Source of the DNA: the human T2T-CHM13v2.0 reference genome, Homo sapiens
DNA: 64,000 nucleotides
Strand: one strand, 5' to 3'
Assembly: GCF_009914755.1 (NCBI RefSeq)
Contig: NC_060925.1
In this document: positions 1 to 25,488 of the stretch, piece by piece
How positions within the stretch are numbered: the stretch's first letter is position 1
Layout of the letters: each line of letters opens with the position of its first letter
Position numbers and translations under genes: made by a program
Notes under the pieces: model-generated
The model's database searches: none
Seen by the model: the letters and a program-made list of their open reading frames with translations, nothing else
Told to the model about the DNA's origin: nothing

Positions 1-122
1 GGCTGGGGCAGGAGAGTGGCGTGAACCCGGGAGGCAGAGCTTGCAGTGAGCTGAGATCGTGCCACTGCACTCCAGCCTGGGCGACAGAGCAAGACTCCAT
101 CTCAAAAAAAAAAAAAAAAAAA
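1..122 (+). mobile_element. Alu right arm with poly(A) tail
   Basis: Alu consensus and A tail. Confidence 0.9.
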
Positions 123-223
123 GAAATTGGTCATCCACAAGGTTGATGACTGCACCTCCTGTGGCCATTCTTGAGTCCCATGTCTCACCCTCTCTGCTAT
201 GGCCAGGAAGCTGGCAAGGATAC

Positions 224-354
224 GAAGAGAAATGGAAGTCGGCTCCCATTGCGGCAGACATCATGGCTTCCAAGCTTCGCTGCTCTTGGGCTCCGAAACA
301 GTATCCATTGGCTTTATCCACAGCCTGCAGGACTCGCTGGATGCTCTCCTTGTC
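224..354 (-). CDS. GPN2: GPN-loop GTPase 2, exon 4 (not in ORF track)
   Basis: ctcag|[46 protein letters not shown], then TC|gtatccttg (U12-type donor); 131 nt. Confidence 0.95.
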
Positions 355-761
355 CTGAGCAGGGAGGAGAGAAACAGTTCTGTGAGTGAAACAGAAGTAT
401 GTAAAACTGCTTGCAATCTCTAAATACACCTTCCTCCATCTTGCCTCTGTACCTGTAGCTTTCTTGGCCTGGAGTAGTTCTACATGTCCCCAAAGGCTGG
501 ATAAATCTCATGTTTCCTGACCACCAACTCACTCAGATTAGAACAGATAAGCTCCCCTATGCATATCCACAGTCCCCTGGGTTTACACCTATTGTACATG
601 GTATCCCTGCCATGTAATAAACGCCTATTAACTCACCTGCCTCCCCTACTCAACTAAACACCCCTTAGGGCCAGGTCATCTGTCGCAGTATTCCCAGTGC
701 CTGGCACAGTACTTCTCTTAAGTAGACATCCAATGAATATGCATGTTTTAAATCTATAACT

Positions 762-1070
762 GGGCCAGGCACGGTGGTTCACACCTGTAAAGCCCAGCAC
801 TTTGGGAGGCCAAGGCAGGTAGATCACTTAAGGTCAGGAGTTCAAGAGCAGCCTGGCCAACATGGTGAAACCCTGTCTCTACTGAAAATACAAAAATTAG
901 TTGGGCATGGTGATGGATGCCTGTAATCCCAGTTACTTGGGAAGCTGAGGCAGGAGAATCGGTTGAACCCAGGAGGCAGAGGTTGCAGTGAGCCAAGATA
1001 ACGCACTGCACTCCAGCCTGGGTGACAGAGTGAGACTCCGTCACAAAAAACAAAACAAAACAAAAAAAAA
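762..1070 (+). mobile_element. AluS
   Basis: Full dimer flanked by a ctataactg target-site duplication. Confidence 0.9.
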
Positions 1071-1642
1071 CTATAACTGTTTCCTCATCCACATACAGTG
1101 ATAAGAACAGTCCATATATCACATGGTGGGAAGGACAAAGCAAAATTATGTATGTGTAGTCCTTAGCACAGTGCCCAGCACAGAAAGCCATAAATAAGAG
1201 GTAATTGTTGTGATTGATATTATAGAGTTCATCTCCTCATATCAGAAGAGTGTGGCATTAGAAGGGAGGAGACAAGTTAGCTCAAGTCCACCCACTGCAG
1301 AAAGGAATCTAACATGCACCTGCGTCTCCCAGGTTATCTCTGCAGGGTAAAGGTGAGAGGCACAGGGGTTGGGTACCACTTTGCAAAGTCAACAGACAGT
1401 TGCCCAGTTGAAAGGGCTTAAGAGACTTGTCCCTGGTCCTGGTGAACTTTCTTGCTGATGACTTTCTGAACTCACCCATTTTCACAGAGGACAGAACATG
1501 TGAAGAGAGGATCCAGCAACACAAAATAGACAGGGCAAAAGTTTGGTCCACTCTCTTTACTGGAATTCTGCCCCTACAGCAGCCCCTGGTCCTGAAACTA
1601 AGGTTACTCTCAGTGATACTCAACCCAGGGCAAAGACCACTC

Positions 1643-2294
<652 letters not shown>

Positions 2295-2477
2295 TCAAAT
2301 ATTTCTTGACACAGTAAAATGAAGTTACTAAGAAAAAAAGCATTTGGTTTTACCTGCTGGCTCTGCTATTTACTAGCTATATAGGCAGGTATCTACTTCA
2401 TAGGACTGTTATGAAGATTAAATGCTATAAACCCCAGTGTCTGGTACAGAGAAGTGCTTGATCAATAACTGCAAACA

Positions 2478-3078
<601 letters not shown>

Positions 3079-3626
3079 GTTGCAAATAATGATAACAAGT
3101 ATGTACCAAGAACTGTGCATGGTCGTCCTCACCTCACAGAGCTCATAGTCAGGTCATACCCTCAGGACCTGGCACATACACTGCAAAGACTCTGTAAATG
3201 GTTAAACTGAATAAATGCTACATTCTAGCAGGGTAGCCTCCTGGGTAAATCACTTTCCTTTTCTGAGCCAGTTATTTCTTAATGTAAAATAAGGACTAGA
3301 TGATGCTGAGGTCCCTGATTCAGTTTTATAAATCATTTCTCACTAAAAGAAGTAAGTTGGACTTCCCCCTAGTGGCCTGTTTCTGCCCAGAAAACTTAAG
3401 TATCTGGGCTCCCTGGCAGCTCTATCCTAAAGTAAGCTGAGGACTCTACATCACTCCATGTCCAGACTAGAAGCTAACTGGCCTCCCTGGACAAGGTCCC
3501 GACACCTCCCTTTCCCAACAACCTCCCTATTGCTCATGTGCTGGTCATTTTATCTGTCTTCTCTAGGTTCCTTTGTTGCTAGAGATGCTATTTAGGGAAC
3601 AATGTCCCCAGTTCAGGAGAGTACTA

Positions 3627-4361
<735 letters not shown>

Positions 4362-4371
4362 TGAGAATATA

Positions 4372-4558
4372 GCCTCCTTCTGTGAGGACAGAAGGAGGCT
4401 GTCTAGGAGCCAGGAAGCAGACTCTCACCAGACACCAGATCGGCTTGTGTCTTGATCTTGGACTTACCAGCCTCCAGAACTGTGAGAAATAAATATTTAT
4501 TGGCTAAGCCATCTGGTCTATGGTATTTTTGTGATGGCAGCACAAACTGACTAAGACA
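4372..4558 (+). mobile_element. MaLR LTR fragment (MST/MLT1-like 3' part)
   Basis: ccagcctccagaactgtgagaaataaat...gactaagaca, typical of a MaLR LTR end. Confidence 0.75.
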
Positions 4559-4663
4559 AGGCCTTTATTCCTACTAGTGCCTCTGCATAGAACAGTCCTC
4601 CCTTGGCTGGCTCCTTCTCACCATTCATGTCTCAGCTCAGATGCCACTGCTTCAGAGCAGAAG

Positions 4664-4764
4664 TGAGAAACTGAGGTCCAGAGAGATGAACTGACTTACC
4701 CAGACCACACGATGATTCAGTGGCAGATCCAGAATTTAAACTCATGCCTGTTTTACTCCAAAGC
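4664..4764 (+). mobile_element. MIR fragment
   Basis: gagaaactgagg...tgacttaccc MIR core. Confidence 0.7.
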
Positions 4765-4987
4765 TCACTCACTTCACTCCCAAATATTCACTGTCGTATC
4801 ACTTTAATTCCTTTGTAACACCTAACACCATCTGTAGCTCTCTTGTCTCCAAAATCTACAACGGTAACTAGCACAGAGTGGCACAAAATAAATGGGCAGG
4901 AGTTAGAACCTGCCTGTGGCTACTATCACCAGACCACGCAAGGCACCAGAGGCAGCTACCTTCAGCTGAGATGTCTGCTTCATTCTA

Positions 4988-5233
<246 letters not shown>

Positions 5234-5534
5234 TCAGCATTCCCTCATGAGAATGAGGGCTTGAGGACAGAGGGGAAGCTTTCCCCATTAGTCTCCTGCC
5301 TCTGTTTCTTTCTAATAACCACCCTGGTTTCCTTCTCCCAGGAAATAGGAGTCATTTTTTTTTTCTTACAAGAGGTCTTGCACTGAGCCTCCCAGTGGGC
5401 AAGGGGTTTAAATCCCATGGCATCTGACTCCACTCTTTCATTTACTTTTGCCCACCAATTTACAACAATCTCCATGCCACTTTCGACATTAACCCCTTCC
5501 ATACTTCCAAAATCGCCAAGTTGGCTACTAACAC

Positions 5535-5646
5535 ATTTTACACGTGAGGAAACTGAGGTTCAGAGTGATGAACTGACTTATCAACACCACACAGCCAGTC
5601 AGTAGCAGAGCCAGATTCTGAACTCATGCCTGTTTTACTCCAAAGC
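5535..5646 (+). mobile_element. MIR fragment
   Basis: cattttaca...gaggaaactgagg MIR core. Confidence 0.7.
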
Positions 5647-5709
5647 GACCCAGCCCCTACCTCCCTGTGTGACATGGGGGCGTGGCGTCTGTCCTCCCTG
5701 TCTCAGTTA

Positions 5710-6620
<911 letters not shown>

Positions 6621-7072
6621 GCAGTCCCACCCAGTGAGGGTAGAGGCGGTGGAGGGCCCACCCAAGGCCGGCTCTTCCAAGCACCACAAATCCTCTCCTC
6701 GCCCAGGTCCCTTTCCCCCTTTCTGGCCTTCGTGGGGACACCTTCAGAGTCCCCAAGGAAGGCTGTGCTGATAGCCTCACTCAACCCAGCTTTTCAAAGT
6801 TCTGCAGGAGGCAAAGGGCAAGCCCAGAGATTAGGGTTAGAGACCAAAGACAAGCGGTCGTTACCCCTAATATCCAAGGGGAGGGGACGGGAGGGGGCTT
6901 TTTGTAAAAATGCCCCTGAGGTATAGAACCGGCAGGCAGGCAGGCTCGGAACAAAACACCCTGAACCAGCCACGAAGACTGCTGCTCCCAGACTCCTTTC
7001 TGCTTCAGTGGTAGATGAGGCCAGGGCAGAGGGTTTTCATCATGTAGCTATGAAAGGAAGCCCCCAACCCGG

Positions 7073-7289
7073 TCAGTCAGGCAATGAGGGGCTGTCTGAA
7101 GCACAACTGGAACCCCTCACAAAGGCCATGTCTGTCCGAAACTTCATGCTGGTGGGTGGCTGGCGGCGGAGCAGTGACTCCGTCTGGTCTTGGGGTAGAG
7201 GCTCATCATAGATGGTGGAGATGAGCCCCAAGCCATTTCTACGGGGCCTCTTCAGTTGCCCAAATGGCTGTAGCTTCTCTCCATGGTAC
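7073..7289 (-). CDS. GPATCH3: G-patch domain protein 3, exon 7 (coding part to stop)
   Basis: tccag|G, YHGEKLQPFGQLKRP...SDSPSLPD; TGA at 7075-7073. Confidence 0.95.
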
Positions 7290-7568
7290 CTGGATAAAAA
7301 CGGGCTCTCAGTGAGAAGGCTGCTCTCAAACTCCAGTTAAAGGGGTTGGGAGAGGACGGGGAAGTAGTTACTACATATCTGGTTTGTCCAAAGACAGAGG
7401 CTTTAAATCTGGGTCTTTGTTCTCCAGCCCTCTTATCTATCCATTGACAGTGCCAGCAAGAAGGGGCCTCATATAAAATTTTCATTCTGTCACTACAGAC
7501 TTCCTAATAGTAACCATCAAGTCCAAACTCCTCCAACAAAGGGTATGAATGATCTTGTTAAGCCTTAG

Positions 7569-8332
<764 letters not shown>

Positions 8333-8473
8333 AGATCCACTTTTTCCTCTTAACTGTTTTGAATTTCATCCCGCACGAGTACCCAGCAGCCATGCCAAAA
8401 CCAGTGGGAAGAGGGAAACCAGGGCATAGCTGAAAGGCTTGGGCCCCCAGGGAAGTCCCTCAGTCACACTTAC

Positions 8474-8601
8474 CCCAATCCACGCTTGCATCTGGGGTGT
8501 TGGCCATCACTATCCAGGGCCTCAGGCACCCCTGAGCACCTGCAGCCCAGGCCCTGGCCCTCAGCCCAGCCCTGCCGCTCCATCACCTTCCGCCCAATGC
8601 C
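8474..8601 (-). CDS. GPATCH3: G-patch domain protein 3, exon 6 (G-patch)
   Basis: tgcag|GGC, GIGRKVMERQGWAEGQGLG...KRGLG (G-patch motif), GG|gtaag. Confidence 0.96.
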
Positions 8602-8732
8602 CTGCAGAGTGAAGGGACAAGACTCAAGAAATGGGGCTCCTGCTGGGAGCAGGGAGAATGGGGATGGGAGAAGGAATTAAAGTAGAGAAGGAAAAGAGAG
8701 GGGTCCATGGGGTGGGCACAGTGCTAACTCAC

Positions 8733-8854
8733 CTTGGTGTGGCGCTCAAAGGTGCCCACCTGGCGTTCGATCACAGAGCCATCTTCCTGTCCATCTCGGA
8801 GTCTCTGTTCCAGACGCATTTGGACAGAGTCTCGGGCATCCTTGTCTCCACCAT
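8733..8854 (-). CDS. GPATCH3: G-patch domain protein 3, exon 5
   Basis: ctcag|AT, DGGDKDARD...VGTFERHTK, AAG|gtgag. Confidence 0.95.
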
Positions 8855-9451
8855 CTGAGGAAACAGAGCTCAGTTTATGGAAGCGTCCCTCTCAAAGAAG
8901 GGGGAAGAATCAGGTTTCTAGGACCCCCTCGTAAGATTGACTTATTCATTTTAATAGTGTTCTGTATCTCTCTCATTAGACTGGGAGCTCCCCAAAAGTA
9001 GGAACCATGGCTCTCCCCAATCATACAGATGAGAAGATTGTGGTGCAGAAAAGTAACAGAGCCAACAAATGACAGAGAGAGGATTAGAACCCAGGTCTTC
9101 CCTCCCCTACTTGGCTATTTCCCCCACCCGGGTCATTTCCTCTTCTAAAATCTAAACCCTTACTAGAGCCTGAGCTTCTGACCAGCCCACCCTACCAGGG
9201 CCTGACCATCAGACCTAGAGCCCCTAAGGGCTATCTATCCCTCCTCCTCCTCCAAGAAAGGATGAAGGCTCTGTCCAAAACTAGCACTTAATGTACACAA
9301 CCAAAGATGTTTTAAGAGGAACCCTCTCAGTGGGCTACCCCAAGGGAACGGGAACGGTACCCTGTCTCAGCCTTTGCTAGCTCTGGTAAAGTGTCACTGC
9401 AAGGCCAGGGCACCTGTTTCACCTCCAGTATTGCCACTCCTTGCCCAGTAC

Positions 9452-9511
9452 CTCTGTCATAGTACACACTCATGTCCACATCCCAGTCATCGGCTGTCTG
9501 TTCATCAAAAT
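9452..9511 (-). CDS. GPATCH3: G-patch domain protein 3, exon 4
   Basis: tacag|AT, DFDEQTADDWDVDMSVYYDR, G|gtactg; 60 nt. Confidence 0.95.
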
Positions 9512-9548
9512 CTGTAGGGACAGAAAAGCATCCAACAGAGTACATTAA

Positions 9549-10043
<495 letters not shown>

Positions 10044-10298
10044 TTGTTTGTATTTTAAGATCCTTCCTCTGGGAGGGTTATTCAGAATTTGTTGGGGGCG
10101 GGGCGGGGGGCATTTTCTCTCCATCTCACTGATCCCCACTCTTAAAAAGGATGATTGGTCTCTCGTATACAATAGAGGTCAGCCTGTTCCCTAGCCTTTT
10201 GTTTGGGCTCACCACTACAGAATCTACCGTGTGGAACAGGGAACCCCAAAAGAATGCAGCAGGGGTCACCCCTGCCTTTGCCTGGGTACCAGCATTAC

Positions 10299-10473
10299 CT
10301 CCTTCTTCCTCCTGCCAGAACTGGGCATCAGTATAAAACACCAGGCCAGAGCCACCCTTCTCCCACTTGAGCTCAATCTCCTCCTCAAAGAGCTGCTCAG
10401 TGGTCCGCTCCTGCCCGGTCACGTCCTCATGCAGCGCTTCATGCCGTTCCCATTCCTCACCCCGGTCATCGTC
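10299..10473 (-). CDS. GPATCH3: G-patch domain protein 3, exon 3
   Basis: tttag|GAC, DDDRGEEWERHEAL...KWEKGGSGLVFYTDAQFWQEEEG, G|gtaatg. Confidence 0.95.
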
Positions 10474-11305
10474 CTAAAAGGCAGGGAGAGGTGATTTGCC
10501 TGAGCTTCCTGACCTCATGCCCCGAGGGAGGGAAGCTCAGGGCACAGGAGGCATGTGTGGCTAGCCTCAGCGCCATTCCTTCAGATTTCTCCAAGAAGCA
10601 GCACATATTTGGCCCCTGACCAACACGTCTCCAGCCCGATAATTCTCAACAGTTTGCTCCTGTCCCCACAAGCCTGACTCACCTCTGCGCGTTTGGCCAT
10701 GTTGTTCCCTGCCTGAAATACCCACTTTCCTCTCCCACACCCTTCTCTTCTCCACTTGATTAAATCCTCCTCATCCCTCAAGTCATACAGCCTACATGAA
10801 GCCCCCCACATTTAGGCCCACAGCTCTCATACCAGTCTCTGAACTCCCAATGCTAATCAGTACACACTGGTTAGGCCTTTTTATGTCATATCACAAAGAA
10901 AGAATAGACAATAATGCTTATTGTCTCTGGTGTGTCAGGCCCTTCCCATAGCTTAGCTCCTTTAACCACTGCAACAACCCTATGAGATAAGTACCATTAT
11001 TCCCATTCTACAGATGACAAAACCTAGGTTCAGGGGAGTAAAAAGTTCTTTGTCCAAAAGAGTACACTGAGGGAGCAGCAGAGCCAGCAATGCAAACCCG
11101 GGTGGCCACATCCAGGTGCAGCATCTCCAGATGCTGGTTCTTTCTCTTCAGGGAGATTTTAGGCTCTTTGAGGGCAGGAAATGGGTCTTAGAATGCCTTT
11201 GGAATCCTACACTAGCCCTTGGCTTGACGGGACTTGTGGAATGATACAATGACTCCTAGCTTGAAACCCTGTAGGCCTTCAAGTGCTGAAGAAAAGTCAG
11301 GATGG

Positions 11306-13324
<2,019 letters not shown>

Positions 13325-13363
13325 TCAGCTGCCAGCAAGGACAGGGTAGCACACTGTACTCAC

Positions 13364-13788
13364 CTCATCTGAGTGAGACTCTTCTTCCTCTTCCTTCCCC
13401 ACTTCTTCCTCAGGCTCTCCACAGGGGCTGGCTGGTATATCTGCCAGGTAGGTTCCTTGGGGTATTTCTTCACCCTCTGCTGTATACACAAGCTCTTCCT
13501 GCTCCACAGTCTCTGAGTCCTCATACTCAAAAGGCACATTGCCGTAGCGCCGGGAGGAACCTGTCTTGGGGAACTGGAGCTGCAGCTGGGTGATGATCCG
13601 AGGGGGTAGGCGGCAGGCCCGGATCAACTCCAAAAAGACCCGCAGGGGAGTCCCCACATTCCCTCTGGGCATCAGCACTGGTGGGTTCAGCTCCGGCAGT
13701 TGCTTCAGGTCAGCCAGGGTGAAGGCTTCATTCTCTGCCTTCCAACTCTGCAGTTCCTTCCGGGTCTTGAAGGGAAAGGAGCCCAGAC
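13364..13788 (-). CDS. GPATCH3: G-patch domain protein 3, exon 2
   Basis: ccaag|GT, GLGSFPFKTRKELQ...MPRGNVGTP...EEESHSDE, GAG|gtgag. Confidence 0.93.
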
Positions 13789-13907
13789 CTTGGAAAGGAG
13801 GGAGAATAGATCTTGAAACCCAGAAGCCTCCAGCAACACTTGAGCCAGAAATTGGCCAATGTTTAAATCTGTTAGCCTTTCCCTAGTAAACATCTAGTAA
13901 ATCCCTA

Positions 13908-15052
<1,145 letters not shown>

Positions 15053-16049
15053 TGAAAGTTTTTCACGGGCTTTCAAAGCTGTGTCTTTGCAAACGCCATT
15101 TACCCTGAAACCCAGAAACACCATTCTCTCCTATTAACTCCTATTTATTTTTCAAGACCCAGATGGAAAGCCACATTTCATGATCCATCTAGGAAGTTAG
15201 TTTCTCCCTTCTCTGTCATCTCACAGCACTTGGTGATAAACAGTATAGGCTCTGGAACAGATGCCTAGGTTTGTTGTAGCTCTGACACTAACTAACTCTG
15301 TAACCTCAGGCAAGTCACATAACTTCGGCTTCCCTCAGTTTCTTCACCTATGAAATGGGAGAAACAACAGCTCCTATCTCATAGGACTGTTGAGAGGGGT
15401 AAGAAAACAAAAGGCTTAGAACAGCGCCTACTAAATACAGAGTGCTCAGTGAATGCTAACAATTAGAATGACATCTCTGTGGCAATAACCTTTTTCCAAA
15501 TGTCTTCCTTTGTGGATTCTGAGCACACACTATGTCCAACTGTTCTCTGCATACCCAGCTAGTCACACTAGGTCTAGCAATGTAAGCATTTGTTGAATGT
15601 GTGAACTGGAGGGCTCTGCACTGTCCTGTTTCCCCATCAAACTGATTTCCCATGAAAGTGGGAGCTGTCCAGAGAAAAGATTGTCTCTTCATTTGTATCT
15701 TACTGAAAGGACTGGGTAGGAAGCACAGAGAGAGCAGGAGAGAAAGACAGTAAAAGGGTTAGAGACTGGATTTCCTTTTTTCTTTCTGTGTTAGTGCAAA
15801 ATCAACCCCTTGGATAGAGAAAGGGTCTCAAAAGGGACCTAACAAAATGAAGGCTCTTCCGAATAAGCCTCTCCGGTTTATTTTTCTCCATGTATTGGAC
15901 TAACTCCCTGCAAGTTGAGCCTGAAGCTCTGTCTAGAATATGAACTAAACTCATAGAGTCCTAACCAGAGGCCTGACTTATCCTCACCACTCCTCTGAAA
16001 AGGTGCCTCTGTTCCAGGCCCGTAGGCCCAGTCTATTAACTTTCTCACT

Positions 16050-16600
16050 CTTACCTGATGCCTCCGTAGGTAGCCGAAGTCTGCGGATGAGACAGCGACC
16101 CGGTAGCCAAGTCCCGTGAGAATCCAGCCACCGGCGGCCCGAGTACATGCGAATAAGCCTCTGAGCTTGAGCCAACCCCCTTACCGAGATGACGCAGCAG
16201 CAGGTGCGGGTCTGGATTGGAGTAGAGTCTCGAGTGGAGAGAGGCCGGACATCGGTGGCCGAAGTCTGAGAGAGAAGCTGGCCCTCAGCGGCTGGGTCGG
16301 TAGGAATTAGGGCAGAGTTAGGAGCGGCCTGCGGAGGGGCCCGCTCAGGCCGATGCCGGTAGTGGAAACAGAGGAAGCCACCGCCGCGCTCTTCTCGGAA
16401 CTGGCTAAAATAGCTCCGTAAATGGGCCGAGCGCAACACGGAGGGGATACCGCTCACTACCAGGTAAACTGTCGCCTCCTCCTCCGCCTCGCCGGGCACC
16501 GCCATCTTGGATTGTCACATGATCAGCTAGAACCAAGTCTCGCGAGAACACCGCGAGCAACGTTCCAGCCCCTGCGTTGCGAGATTGTGAAAATTCTAAC
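16050..16600. promoter_or_regulatory. GPATCH3 CpG island promoter
   Basis: YY1-type CAAGATGGCGG over the start codon, E-box GTCACATGA (16514-16522) and palindrome TCTCGCGAGA (16538-16547). Confidence 0.8.
16055..16505 (-). CDS. GPATCH3: G-patch domain protein 3, exon 1
   Basis: MAVPGEAEEEATVYLVVSGIP...LPTEAS, G|gtaag. Confidence 0.96.
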
Positions 16601-17234
16601 TAGTCCTTTGGGATTGGGGTTGTGGAACCTGGAGCTGGAAGATCCGAAGTCTTCTGTGTTCCTTTCCCACAGAGGGAAGCCGGCGATGATGGAAAAACTC
16701 ACCTGGAAAATGGGGTCATAGAGTTCTTTCATAAAGCTCTCATGAGGACCAAATAAGAAGCCTGCGGGAGGGGTCATTTTTGAGGTATTTAGTTGTGGAT
16801 ATTGCACACCTAATCTCAACCTTCCTCAGTTCTGAACCTTTAGTCGTTCTTCCATTTATTTTTCCAAAATGTGTTGATGAACTCCCACAAATCGGTAAGA
16901 AAAAGATAACCCGGTAGAAAAATGGGCCGAAGATACTTCGCAAAAGAGGAAACACGCAGGTCCAATTTACAATGAAAGTGCTATGAGTTACTAGAGGCTT
17001 ACGTTAAAGAAAAGATGCACAACTCAATAATAAAAGAAATGCAGCGAGACCCACTTTGCATCCACTATGTTGGCAAACTTTAAAACCTTAGAGTCGATGA
17101 CAACATGGTGGAACTGAAGCTCTCATACACTGTTGGTGGAAATGTAAGTTGATACAACCACTTTGGGAAACAATTGGCGTTATCTAGTAAAAGCAAAGCT
17201 ACACATCATTTGACTCAGCACTTGTAGGTAATAT

Positions 17235-18038
<804 letters not shown>

Positions 18039-18039
18039 G

Positions 18040-19175
<1,136 letters not shown>

Positions 19176-19575
19176 CAGTATATATAAATATTCATAGCTA
19201 CAGTCTTTTTAAGTGCAAAAAGCTGGCTTTTTGTACTAATAATCTCAGTTAAAGCCAGTCAGAAAACACAGAATTGTTTTATTTATGCAAAGTTCCAAAA
19301 ATGCAAACTAAAAAATATTCTTAGGGCTACATAAATAAATAAGCTTTAAAATCAGGAAGAAAAGCAAATAAATGATTAACATAAAATCCAGGGTAGTTGT
19401 TACCTTTGGAGGGAAATGATAGATTTAGAAAGGGACTTCAAAGTTAATGGTAATAATGACCTATGAAACAATAGAGTTCATTCTGTTATTCTTTATACTT
19501 TACACATATTTATTAATATTATTTTGTTTTACTCAATGTTTAAAATGTAAAAATATTAAAAGTGAAAATAACTCA

Positions 19576-22969
<3,394 letters not shown>

Positions 22970-23647
22970 TTAGTAGCTACCCAGAGTGAGCACCCACAGC
23001 CTGGGGTTTCTTCTGGCCATACCCTGCCAGGAAGAGGAGGTCTCCTTTGTTAACTCTGACTCCCCTGAGATCTTAGCATTGTCGCCTCCACCAGTTTCAT
23101 TGGGATTTCCTTTCTTTGCTGTCTTGTTCTGTGAGGTGGTCCCTGTCATCTCTCCAGGCCCATTTCCTCCTACCCTGGGCCCCACACATCACTTGCAGTT
23201 AACTAAGCACCTCTTGCTCTCTGACATCTCTGTGCCTTTGCATATATCTGTTTGGAATGCCCATCCCTTGGGTTGCCTAGCAAAACCCTGTTCATTCTCT
23301 TTAGCTCAAACCAGTCACCACTTGGGTAAAGCATTTTTCCCACCTTCAGGCAGATTTAATCTCTCCTGTTGCCTGTTGTATGTACCCCTATCACAGCTCA
23401 GATCACTCTGCATTACAATTACTTACATGTCTTCCTCTGCCACAGACAAGATGTTTCATGAGAGTAAGAAATGTATCTTATTTATTCTGTGCCCCCTACC
23501 CCAGCATCTAGTACAGGGGTTGGTACAAATGGAGGTTGAGAGACATTGAGTGATAGAATGAATTAATGGATGGATAGTGGGTGTTGGCTTTTTGCCAGCA
23601 TCACGGGTTCTAGGATATTTGAATGCCCCAAGGACAGGGTGGAGTTA

Positions 23648-25488
<1,841 letters not shown>

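Noticed and set aside
22986-23549. 187-aa + strand ORF between GPATCH3 and NR0B2
   Set aside because: Non-ATG start, sequence resembles decayed L2-type repeat, no domain and no supporting splice pattern.
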